Assembly (NCBI GenBank): GCA_051047955.1
Contig: JBPGPT010000035.1
Location: 124,001-162,874 of the forward strand
From: Cystobasidiomycetes sp. EMM_F5
Lineage: Eukaryota
Direction: 5' to 3'
DNA length: 38,874 bases
The notes beneath the pieces were generated by a model that did not search any database, had not been told where the DNA came from, and saw only the letters and a list, made by a program, of their open reading frames with translations. How positions within the stretch are numbered: the first letter of the stretch is position 1; the number at the start of each line of letters is the position of its first letter. Below, in pieces: positions 23,244 through 34,271 of the stretch. A program made the translations under genes and the position numbers.

Positions 23244-23918
23244 ATGTCGTCAGACGATCCGAGAGCAGGGCTGGCTGCTGCCGCTGCAGCAGCAAATGCC
23301 GTAATGAGTCGTGCCAATCCACAGCAGCCACCATTTTACACTTCACGGCGTAACTCGCCTTCATCATCAACATCAAACAGTTTACGGGCGCCTAGTACTG
23401 AAAGTCTGCACCGAACTTCGGGTGCTGTGTATGCGGGCCAAGCAAACGATTCACAGAGGTTGCTGGCTCCCAGTGATCGAACGGCGCGTACTACCAGCGG
23501 ATCAAGCGCCAACACAGGAGCTACCGTCAGAAGACGACGGTCGACACCAATTCCTGACAGAGTGTCGGCAAACAACGGCTCGCGCGACTCGGTTCAATCA
23601 GACACAACAATTGTCATGCCCCCTAACGCTGTTCAGCGATCGCAGGACCGGCAGCGACGGCAGCAAACGCGGGAAGATAGAGCTTTCCTAGGGATAAATG
23701 CAGCAGCAGCTACGAGGCGGCCACCCATTCCGGGGGAAGGCCTGACACTTGCCGAAGTCAATGAAATACGAGGAAACACGGACGTTGGCGCCATCCTATC
23801 TAGACGAGCTCAGACTAGTCAGTTTGAAAGCGCAGGTCCGCCGTCCCGCTCTCGGTCATCTCGCAACGCAAGATTACCTCTGTCCTGGCTGCGGAATGCC
23901 TTCATCAGTCGGAGATAG
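23244..23918 (+). CDS. Hypothetical disordered S/R-rich protein (224 aa)
   Basis: Uninterrupted ORF from ATG 23244 with a poly-Ala tract. No recognised domain. Confidence 0.45.
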   Translation: MSSDDPRAGLAAAAAAANAVMSRANPQQPPFYTSRRNSPSSSTSNSLRAPSTESLHRTSGAVYAGQANDSQRLLAPSDRTARTTSGSSANTGATVRRRRSTPIPDRVSANNGSRDSVQSDTTIVMPPNAVQRSQDRQRRQQTREDRAFLGINAAAATRRPPIPGEGLTLAEVNEIRGNTDVGAILSRRAQTSQFESAGPPSRSRSSRNARLPLSWLRNAFISRR

Positions 23919-24376
23919 TATCGCTACCGAGCTCTTACAAGCAAGGCAGACTCGAGAGGCGTACGATAGTACAGCGATGCTTGGCAATCATCGAACAACA
24001 TGTGAAGTAACAGCTATTAGACGTGGTTGTCTCTTCCTGAGAGAGCGGAGTCGGCACAATCACGCGATTGCTGATCACAATATGGACGTCGCATTCCTTG
24101 ACGTGCAGCATCGCATATCTGGTTGTTCGATGCAATAATGCAACAATGCAATCATTGCTTCCCTGTGTCACGTTATGACGCGCTCGCTGCCCCTTGAATA
24201 GACCACAGACAATGGACGGGCGATGCCAATGCACTGACCCCTTATCCGTCATGCTTCCGTTGGGCCTTAAAATGGGCAACATACTCAGCACAGATCCACC
24301 CTCGCTTCCAAGAATCCTCCCTCTTTACACCACAATGCGCGGACGTTGACCCAAAACTCCAAAATTGGTCGCATCC

Positions 24377-25138
24377 ATGACGCCGGCTTTTAACACCCGA
24401 AAAGGTCTCGCCAAAGCGGCAGAGGAAGCTAACTTTCTTTTAGATAGAGGTATATCGCCCTTCTCGACGGCCAGGCGGACTCGTGACTTCAGCTTGATAG
24501 AGTACCATACAGCGCTTGCTCGCAATCCGCGCAATCCAGCCAACACTGGACGGGTACATTTAGCCCATGCGCCAAGTCGCGATGGCTTGGTCGCTTCGGT
24601 ACATTCAGATTTCTCAGCTGGCCCCCCAAACCCAACATTGCGGCATGAACATTCAGATGCTGTACTCGCACGTCATCTGAAAAGGGACCATCTGCCGGCC
24701 GAACAGCGTTCGAACGATTTGCTGCCAGAAAATGCCACCCTGCATCGTCCACCATCCAGTTCTAGCACCTTTGGGAGAACGCTGCGAGGCTTTCCGTCTC
24801 AGACATCCATCCAGACCACTCACACCGTGATCATACCCCCAAACAGGCAACAACGTCTGATTCGCATTCTTCCACAGTAAGTCCAATATTTTGACCTCTC
24901 TTTGATCAGTCTGATGGTAGTACACAGGGATCCTGCGTTCCGCAGTCTCGGTCGCCGCAGGACCACAAGACGACCTCCATTGCCAGGTGCCAAACTCGCC
25001 GACATGACGTTGGAGGATTACACTCAGAGCGTAGTGAATGCGAAAGCGGGCCATCATCTCAGTCACGACAGTCAAGCTTCGCAATATCGCCAGGCAAGAT
25101 CCGCCCAATGGCCCTTACATCCCAGTCAAAGGCGATAA
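24377..25138 (+). CDS. Hypothetical protein (exons 24377-24876, 24928-25138)
   Basis: A GTAAGT...CTGAT...CAG intron at 24877-24927 joins the 24365 and 24902 ORFs in frame. Confidence 0.45.
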
Positions 25139-25511
25139 TGAATCGTCTGACTGCTCCTACAATAGGCCAACTGACTGCGCAAGTTACGCGAGCTGAGTTA
25201 GTGTACTCTACAGGTTTGATGAGACGACCATCATGAATTTGGCATTGGCCACCGCATGAATCGACAATATAACATACAGGCTCCTCTCTACTGAACGCTG
25301 TATTGGCACGATACAAAACACACCATCTCAAAATGCCAGAATGACGCCGAACACGTCGAATCTTACACAGCACTAGTGTCACACAGCAGTTACCGCCACA
25401 CAAATTTGATGACCCTTTTCCCATGGTCGCACCAGGATCACCACTACTTTCTGGTCCTACGGTCAAGCCTGTGCTGTGGATGCGTTTGCCGCGACGCTTT
25501 AAATAGAGCAG

Positions 25512-25991
25512 ATGTCGGTTAGATCTTCTCCTCTCGCATCTCCGACTCTCCGTAGGCCAATATACATCTTGGACGGAGAAACAGTCAGTCATCTCACATC
25601 AGTCCTCTGCTCAGGACTCGACTTCAAGATCGGCATGGCAGAACGTAACCGCGACGGCGTGTACACGTATAAGATAACGGGAGCAGCGGAAGCAGCTGTT
25701 GAAGCCTGCAAGAAGCACCGCAGAATTCAGGAGCGGCAGGCGTCAGCGGGACTGCAACAGAGACGACCATCAGGCACTGAAACACTGCCCAGAAATGGGT
25801 CTTCAGCATCTCTTCAACCAGAAGTTGGAAGCGACCCGCGCATCGTAACACCACCACGCCGCAGATCCTCGAATGATACAATCCGTCGACTAAGCTCCGG
25901 TTTTGATGGTGCACCGTCTTTGACTAGTCCTCCGACATCTGCGGGGACCCCTACGAGACAAGTGATGCATATTCGCATTGGCAGTCTTTAG
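25512..25991 (+). CDS. Hypothetical protein (159 aa)
   Basis: ORF with protein-like composition (GLDFKIGMAERNRDGVYTYKITGAAEAAVEACKKHRR). No recognised domain. Confidence 0.3.
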   Translation: MSVRSSPLASPTLRRPIYILDGETVSHLTSVLCSGLDFKIGMAERNRDGVYTYKITGAAEAAVEACKKHRRIQERQASAGLQQRRPSGTETLPRNGSSASLQPEVGSDPRIVTPPRRRSSNDTIRRLSSGFDGAPSLTSPPTSAGTPTRQVMHIRIGSL

Positions 25992-26256
25992 CAGTCTTGC
26001 TGATTGACCATAACTCAATAGTCGTCGCCCGAGCAATGACGGTCGTGCACGATGAATGACGTTGGGCGCATAGGTGTCACACATCGGTGGTCCAATGCTG
26101 TTTTAGTTAGTTGTGACCCCATTTTGTATGATTAAGATTGGCTGTGCATTGCCTGTATGTATTAGTTATCAGTCTCGAGGAGAGAGGATTGCCGTTGACT
26201 CGACGAAACTTCCATAGTCCCCACCTACTATACATGTGATTGTGTTCGTCTATCTT

Positions 26257-27560
26257 TTACTGCGTCGGGACCTGAAGCAACATATTCCCTCCTGAGCTGG
26301 GAAGGTACGTCACGTTTCTATTCTTTGCCATTGTTCCTGCAATATCCTTTGCCGCTTCGATCCTTCGTAACAAGACGAGACCTTCTCCGGCGGTATTGAT
26401 GGCGGATGAAATAATGGTCGCTGCTTCTGCTTCTCCTTCTGCGCGAATGACGGACGCCTGTCGTTCTTGCTCACTTCGCTCGACGACAAACTTGGCTCGC
26501 TCAGCTTCCTGTTGTGCAATCTGCTTTTGTTCGACGGCTTGCGTGAATTCTTTCCCGAAGCTGCAGATGAACGGTACGATATAGACGAGGTAAGTATGCG
26601 TAATGGAAGGAATGACAGATTGATACTCACGTCAAGTGTGTCTGATGGTAGACAGAAAAGACGAGGACGAAAAACAATGTCAGCACTTTGTTTGCCACTG
26701 ATCTGGACGGCGCAGCCGTTCTTGAGATTCCACGACATTGTCGTGGGATTCAAGCAGGGCAGAGCCGTGACTATTTGTCCAGTCCATGTACGGCTTCGCC
26801 GTGCTTGCTGTATACCCACGGCAGAGCCGTCATCTATTGTGCCGTAATCTGACCACTCACCAATGAGACATCATCGAGCATGATATTAAACTCCCTTGCC
26901 CTCTTGAGCAGATCCTCCCTTATCCTCGAGCTGACAATCTCTCTCTGGGTGATGAGTTCTGCTGCATCAAACTGAGCGACGATGGCTTTGAGCACTTCAT
27001 TTCCGATTGACGGAAGTACTCGTTCGTCATAGTCCTGACCGAGCGTGCGATGGATCGTAGCGAGGTTGTTTACGTCTGGCCGGGACATTACCCTCAGAGT
27101 GAGGGATACCTGCTGGAGATCTCTTGACCCGGTCGTTGTTGAAATGTTGCGAGGTGTGATGCGGACATTGTAGAGGATTGCTCGTTGGAGTCCGGGAATG
27201 AGGCTGCGTCAATCAGAGGGTTAGTGAGAAATTGAATACGACGGCTACGCCGTCAATATGTCCAATGATGGTTATGACTTGCAAATGCGTTCCTTCACCG
27301 ATGGCGCGGTCCTTTACACCCGAGAATCGGTCAAAGATGATGGCGCGGTATCCACCTGGCACGTCGTACTGTCGACATTATAAAACGATATGAGCTGCGC
27401 CGTCCGTCCCTTTCAAAAGATTGCCGCCCACCAAACTCGACTGTGCGATTCCTACGCCAATAATGGCCGGGACTACATCAGGCGAAATGTGAGCACGTCT
27501 CCGTTTATTCCGTGTCATGGCGTCGTAGTCACCTGCAAATCGTCCAATGATTGCAGACAT
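26257..27560 (-). CDS. PHB1: Prohibitin 1 (exons 27560-27533, 27472-27432, 27368-27283, 27203-26861, 26641-26631, 26560-26257)
   Basis: Spliced product: [116 protein letters not shown]. Confidence 0.97.
26707..26830. repeat. Four ACGGC-N3-GCCGT palindromes inside PHB1 intron 4
   Basis: ACGGCgcaGCCGT at 26707, AGGGCagaGCCGT at 26756, ACGGCttcGCCGT at 26790, ACGGCagaGCCGT at 26818. Internal palindrome CCACGACA-T-TGTCGTGG at 26730-26746. Confidence 0.9.
27240..27254. repeat. Single GACGGC-TAC-GCCGTC palindrome in PHB1 intron 3
   Basis: Sequence gACGGCtacGCCGTc, the same motif as in intron 4. Confidence 0.85.
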
Positions 27561-27764
27561 GGCTCGTGTCGATGTTGGCAAAAGGCTGACGAGTGCTTTG
27601 ATGAAATTGAAGACATTATGGCTTTCCAATCAGACAACGAGTATCGAGTAGTGCTCTACAAGGATAGAGTATTCCGAAATGCCCGCACTGTGCAGCTCAA
27701 TCTCCTCTATATCCATCAAACGTGTTCAATATGCTGCGTAAAGACTGCCTCGACCGAGAGAATG

Positions 27765-28074
27765 GCGGCAAAGCCGCTCAATGTGACCAGAAGGAAGCAG
27801 ATAGTTTAGTGAATTAAATATAAAGAAGGAGCGGCTCTGCCGCTGTGGGATTCTTGGATTTGTCGAATTTGAACGGTGTAAACGCGTACGTCTGGCGAGT
27901 CCATTGTGAACGCGGCAAAGCCGCTCTAATAACGTGCCCTACAATAGGTCAGGCTTCATTGTAGAGCATGTTAATGTCAGTGAGCGGCCTTGCCGCAGTC
28001 AAGTCTTGGGATTAGTTGGATCCAATTGCTACTTTGACGTTGAAGCTGTACGGAATGCAGCGGCAGAGCTGCTC
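27765..28074. repeat. Five alternating-orientation GCGGC-N3-GCCGC(TC) palindromic repeats in the PHB1/PTP divergent intergenic region
   Basis: Cores start at 27765, 27831, 27912, 27984 and 28060. The 15-mer GCGGCARRGCCGCTC runs +,-,+,-,+. Confidence 0.92.
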
Positions 28075-28329
28075 TTTTGCTGGATATCATTAGTCTGTGT
28101 GTAGTCTTGCCCATCACTGCCGATTATCAACAATCCTGCCAGTTGGTTGAAATGCATCCCCTTTGCCGTTTCCATCTTTCCTTTTGACCATTCAAATCAA
28201 ACCATGACTGGATGATATCTGATTAGACGCTGCCCAATCTACTGCGTCTCGTCATTCAACGACAGCTCTAGACACTCTCAAACATCACACACCACTCCTC
28301 GCCGTCGTTGAAGGAATCCTGCAATACTG

Positions 28330-31300
28330 ATGCCGTCATCGGACAACGAAGAGATGCAGACGGCAGAGACGGCGAGCAGCAACTACTTTGGCGTGGTGGA
28401 GGGTCCCATCAGCGATACTCTGACAAACCTGCCCGCCTCGACAAGGTCTGTCCTCGCAAAGCGGGACCGCCATTCCCATTCTTCATCAGCAGCGACGGCG
28501 AGCAATGCCCCGTCTTCACCGGGTGGAGTTGGGATATCGCCCTTTTCGTATACGCACCGTACAGGCAGCAGTGCAAGTGTAAACCACCATAAATCAGTAA
28601 GAACGCCCATCCTCTCATCTCCGAGGCATGGCCACGATGACGACGACGACGACGAGGACGGGGAAGATGGGAATGGAAGGGAGGATCCGACGAGCGACGA
28701 CGAGATTGGAGCAAGAGACGGTGCGCGAGGGCTGGGCGTATCGGGCAACACTCCATCCACACATACCGCCTTCAACTTTGAATCCACTCTGCTCCAACTC
28801 AAACTCCCAGGAGCCGGAATTGTAAGCGGTGGTGGACCGCCAATCAAACCCATGCCAAAGGGGCTGCTGGGTGGAATCAGTTCAAGAAGGAGCAGTAACG
28901 TCCCGCTGCTCAACTCGCCCGGCGTCAGTTCTGCACATACTCCAGGCGTACACACCCCACACGCTGCACCGCAAGGTGTAGAAGCCAGCGGAAGCTTCTT
29001 CAACATGTCTCATCAGCCATCAAAGAGCGTCGGAGCTACCTTTTTCGCTGGACACTCTTCATCATCGTCGACACTGGCGGCTCAGCCGCCATTCGCCACA
29101 TCCTCTACAATGACCACTGCAGCTACTCCAACAGCAAATGGACCATTGAGCAGTACTACAAGCTCTGCTATGCGCATGTCTGCCAGCGATGCTGGCCCAT
29201 CGACTACGCTCACACAACCAGGAAGCACGGCTATGCCATTAAAGCTGCCCATCGGCGGAGTACGCGGTATGCCGCTCAAATTGCCAGGCGGTATCGCAGG
29301 CGTTCCGAACAGCTCCCTTACTGGAAAGAGTCTATCTGGCGCATCAACGGTCGCAAGCGGTGTACGGCGCGGTTCACTCGTCGTCAATACGAGATTCAAA
29401 GCCGTCTGCGTGCCGAGCCAGGAAATGCTAGACTATCTCATGGTGTCGCCGCCCTCTACGCCGGATGCATCGCCGACAATTGCACAGTATCGTTCGCAAA
29501 GGGAAAGAGAGTCGTCCGTTGCAAGTACAGTCTCGTCAACCTCGACTTCCACATCGACATCTTCGGCCACAGATCGGACCAACGAGCAGCGGTACAACAC
29601 AGATACGCTCGTTTTAGACCTACGTCCCCATACTTCATACGTCGCACAAGGTCGCCTCCGAGGATCCCTCAATATCTGCGTTCCCAGTACTCTGCTCCGC
29701 CGTCCGGCATTCAGTTTGGCAAAGATTGCAGAGACTCTGCCTACACGCAGAGAGCGCTCGAGGTTTGCAAAGAAGCTCAACCTCATCGACGCAGTGAGCG
29801 AAGGGGATATATCGTCTTATAAAAACGCCGGAGGAGCAGAAGGTGAACTGAGGCGTGCAAAAAGAGTACTGGTTCTAGATCAAGAGAGTACAGCACTTAC
29901 CGCCGATTCTGCCATCTTCTTTCTGCTCTCCAAGCTCGAACGAGCGGGTTTCAAAGGAGATTTGTGTTGGTTGAAGGGTGGTTTCGCTACACTTCTCAAA
30001 TGGCTTTACGATCAATCACACGCTGCACGAGCAGATGACGCAAAAGCAATGCAGACTTCGCCTGATGGAACGGCGGATATGCTCAATGCGGCAGACCAGA
30101 TCGGCAAAGACATCGTCGACTGGCAACCCCTGTCCGAGGATGATATCGTGGACGACGACGATGCCGATGCGGAGGATGGTCAGGAGACAGACGACAGTGA
30201 AGCATTTGGTCCCGATTCGCAATCTGGACAGCAGGACGAGACGATGACGGGTAACAACGATGCCACCACACCGCACGCTGCACCTCAAATCGATAGTACT
30301 GGCGCATTTCCTCTATCTATACCACGTTCCACTAGAGCGCCCTCGAGGTCAGATTCCGTAATGACCACGGACTCTACACCGGAGTTCGCATCTGTATTCA
30401 GTTCGGCACATTCATCATTTGCCGAAACGGATTCTGGCTTTGCGTCTGGCGGATCGGGACCTCGCGCATTCGATGCTGCTCGTCTACAACTGCCAGGAAT
30501 GAAACGGTCTGCCAGTCCAGGTAACATTCAAGGTTTGACTGGCTCGTTGGATCAACTGCAGCGTAGAGGAGTGACTGAAGAGCCCTCGGAGCCGCGAAAT
30601 GACAAAGGGTTGTCCAAGAGTTCGTCAGTGCCGATAATAAGGCCTGGAAAGTTACCTCTGGCGGCATTCCAATCGGGTTCTACTGCCGCTGCTGCTGCAA
30701 CTCTAGAATTGAAAGACACCCCTGCAGCCCCCGGACAGAAAAAGTCCTCATCGCCAATCGCACAGCTTCGACAGCTAGGCGCATCGGGAATGAGCGGGCC
30801 CAGTCTACCAATGCCCGACAAATGGGCTGGACTTGCGAAGTTGGAGCCAGTACCATCTAGCAAAGTGGCCGCGAACCCCTTCTTTGACAATATTCGCCAA
30901 AATATAGAGGTACGCTGGCATCCTCTCACACTGTACAGTCTCCAACTACTGACTCGCATGCGTTCGCTCGTACAGGCCGCAAGTATTGATACAACACTAG
31001 CACACGTCCCGCCGATGGAGATTGCACCCGAGTTCACCGACCCAGCTGTGATGGAGCATCTACCACCCTTCCTGCGACATCTCATCTCGCTATCGCCTGT
31101 CGCACGTGCCAAGAAACTGCATACTGAATACTTCGAGCTCGAGCGTAACGAGCAGCGTCGACTACAAAAGGTTCTCGATTGGCATTGTGAACAATCGCAG
31201 AGCAACGCATCCGGCCATACACAAGTTCTCCCGAACTCGACATCCGACAAGGATCATATTGTAGATGAGGTTGCTGATTCAATGTCTCATCGTGCTGCTA

Positions 31301-32745
31301 AATCAAAAGGCGATCAATACCATCCTTTCTCCATCTCTGCCGGCGTGGAGAAGGGTCATCTGAATCGCTATAAGAATATGTGGCCAGTGAGTCAGAGTGC
31401 GAGCTACGATGGCATTTTTACCCCTGCTAATAGATATTTCGCTCACTGCGAACAGTATGAGCATGCTCGTGTACGGCTTGCTTCAGAAGAGTCTCCCAAT
31501 ACCGGCGATTACATCAACGCTTCTCATATTCGACTAAGAGGAACTCGGAAGAGATACATCGCTGCACAAGGTCCGCTAGAAGGGACTACTGAGCACTTTT
31601 GGCGACTCGTCATGGAGCAGCATGTAAACGTTATTGTTATGCTTACGCTTCTCACTGAGGGCGGACGCGAAAAATGTACAAACTATTTTCGGACAGCCAA
31701 GCACGGTTCGATCTCTGTCAAGATGGTCGACGAGCGCGGAGACTCGCAAGCGATACGTCGCGCTTCGGCTGAAGAAGTTGGATTCTTTGGCTTTGGCGAA
31801 GCGGTCGCTACGCCACAACAGGCCGAGAAGACTGTACCGAACAAGAGTCCAGATACGGCCTCAAAATTAGGGCATAAGCGGTCACGATCACGGCGACTCA
31901 TGGACGATGCCCTGGTGCACCGCGTCATCGAGGTCAGACGGGATACAGACCCGCCAGATACACCGCCGCATGTCGTTCAGCACATTCAGTATATCTTGTG
32001 GCCGGACTTTGATATTCCGCCTGATCCGGCGGCTGTAGTTGACGTCATTGCCGAGACTAGTCAGGCTCATCGTGATGCAGCAAGTTCAAGAGACGATCCT
32101 GTACTGGTGCATTGTTCAGCAGGTGTAGGCAGAACGGGAAGTGAGTGACCATTATTATCTGGGGTACGGGTATGTGCGGATCTGATTATTCCATTAATCC
32201 ATTTAGCGTTTATCGCGGTCGATACGCTGCTTGAGAGATTCCGAAAGCAAAGGCGGCGCGGCAGCCGAACATCCAGTCACAGTACCAGTAGAGCTGGAAG
32301 TACAGAAACCTCTCGGCACGCTTCACCTACATTGATGGATGTCGACGCAGCGAGTGCTCCTCGGTCGTTTAGCCAAACCAATTCCGCAAAGCATACGTCA
32401 TTCTTCTCGGACAGCGCAAATAGCGAAACACTCCAAGCAATGAGTCTTGAACAAAAAGGTCCGCCACAGTCGCCTTCGAAACGAGGATATACCCCGGGAC
32501 TCAATGAGGACGACACGGAAGATCTCGTGGCGTATCTGCAAGAGAAAGATCTGCTGCCTCAAGATCGTGAGGATCCGATAAAGTCTGTCGTCGATCAGAT
32601 GCGTGAGCAGAGAATGAGCTCTGTTGCGAATGCTTCGCAGTATGTCTTTACCCATCTGGCACTCTTGGCTGGCATCGTAACAGATCTGCGCGAGGAAGGG
32701 ATCCTCCCTCCAAAGCAGGGCTCGCAGGCAAGCGAAACACCATAG
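28330..32745 (+). CDS. Protein tyrosine phosphatase with N-terminal rhodanese/CH2-like domain (Ptp2/Ptp3/Pyp1-type MAPK phosphatase); introns 30910-30975, 31387-31455, 32141-32206
   Basis: Rhodanese-like LVLDLRP...GSLNICVPSTLLRRP...LKGGF. PTP motifs NRYKNMWPYEHARVRL, DYINAS, YIAAQGPL, IVMLT, KCTNYF, WPDF, VHCSAGVGRTGTFIAVD and MREQR...QYVF. Confidence 0.93.
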
Positions 32746-32979
32746 GCTGTTAAAGCGCTGTAAAAAATGACTGGCTTAGTGTCGCCACGCTGTGGGGTCA
32801 ATTTCGCAATTTCGCAATCTCGCGCAACTGTTCATTAGCATAGTGCATATATCCGTGTAGCATGGGCTGTCGTTCGAAGAGAGTAGTACAGCAAGCAGTA
32901 CTCTGAATGTCATGTTCCGATACTAAAGGGTTATGATACATATGGTCCTTTCCGCTCGACATCAAGGAACAGCCAGTCA

Positions 32980-33997
32980 TCAGATCTCGACAGTCTTACC
33001 TTCGGCGCGCAACCTGGCCTCGAATTTGCTAAACTCGTCGGCCGCGACTGCTTCTTCGGCTGAGATGACCTGCTCGACACCCTTGACTTCGGGGATCTGC
33101 ATTGTCATGCACTTGTCAGCCAGTACAAAACAGACTCAACGCTTTATAGGGTCGGCTTACATAATGCATCAGCATTCGCTCTATGCCGTTCTTGAGCGTT
33201 ACGCTACTCGAAGAGCACCCGCGACAGGAGCCTTTGAGGGATACGCGGACCATGCCCGTTTGCTCATCGAATCCTTCGTATGCCAGATCTCCGCCGTCCT
33301 CCATCACTGCCGGTCTCACCCGAGTGTCGAGCAGTTCCTTGACCATGGCGACCACCTCGGAGTCTGTGTCTAGTATGCGCGTATCCTCCGGGCCGTTGTC
33401 GGCCATTCCTTCGTAGAATAATGCCTTTCCCTGACTAAAGTGCTCGATAATGATGCTGTAAATCTCGGGCTTGAGTGTGGACCACTGCGTATCCTCCGCC
33501 TTGTTTACAGACAGGAAGTCTGGGCCAAAGAAGACCATCCGTACGCCTGGAACGTCAAAGAGTGCGGAGGCCAGTGGCGACTTCATGGCATCCTTTGATG
33601 AAAGAAACTCGTGCGTCTGCCCGCTTTCGCTCAAAGCTACTCCAGGAATGAACTTGAGACTGTCTTCGTTGGGCGTAGTCTCAGTTTGCACAAACATGTT
33701 GCGGCCTGTATGCATTTCCAACCATTTTGTCAGCTCGTTTGGAGCTCGAATCGTTCAAAAAACGTAAGGCTCACGCTGCTGCCCAAGGACGCTGCGAGGA
33801 GCGGTATGTCTGATGTTTCGAAGTGCTGGACTGTGAGACGCCCACTGCAAACGTCGAGAGCCTTGATGGAAATATCGAAGTTGCAGGCCATCCATGACGC
33901 CCATTCTCGCTGGCAGAGCGGTTCGCCTCGTGCATGCCAGCGCTGTCCGCTGCAGTGTGCGGCATATGCAGCCTGGCAGCGTCGCAGTTCCCGACAT
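32980..33997 (-). CDS. NFU1: Mitochondrial Fe-S cluster carrier Nfu1 (3 exons)
   Basis: MFVQTETTPNEDSLKFIPG, SPLASALF, FFGPDFLSVNK, ELLDTRVRPAVMEDGGD, LKGSCRGCSSSSVTLKNGIERMLMHY, then IPEVKGVEQV after a GTAAGC intron. Arg-rich presequence exon. The start ATG is uncertain. Confidence 0.95.
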
Positions 33998-34271
33998 GAT
34001 TTACTTTCAGGTGATGGTGCAAAAGCAAGGATATATCAAAGAAAGATATGCATATAAACAGGTTTTGGGTGCGAGCAACAGAGTGCTCGCGGGTATGCAC
34101 TAACAACAGGTGCTTTTGGCATCTCATAACTCGGAAACTAACGATGCGGGTATGCCGGGTATGTCATTTATAGTCAAGCTGACCAGTCTGAGAGAACGAT
34201 AAGCAAGAGGGTATCATGGAAGAGCCAATGGAGGAGCGATAACGTGATGGTAAGACATCGAGCGACGACGT

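Noticed and set aside
26690..26840. Intronic H/ACA snoRNA in PHB1 intron 4
   Set aside because: It has a two-hairpin shape, but I see no ANANNA hinge right after hairpin 1 and no well-placed ACA box, and the same motif recurs outside introns. Not called without an Rfam search.
27765..28074. CRISPR array
   Set aside because: The repeats are 13-15 bp and alternate in orientation rather than being direct, no cas genes are present, and the context is eukaryotic.
28383..31250. Long antisense ORFs (207 aa, 232 aa) opposite the PTP gene
   Set aside because: They are shadow frames of a GC-balanced coding strand with no independent motifs.
30910..31455. Apparent insertions in the phosphatase (VRWHPLTL..., VSQSASYD...)
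   Set aside because: They are stop-free introns of 66 and 69 nt with canonical donor, branch and acceptor sites.
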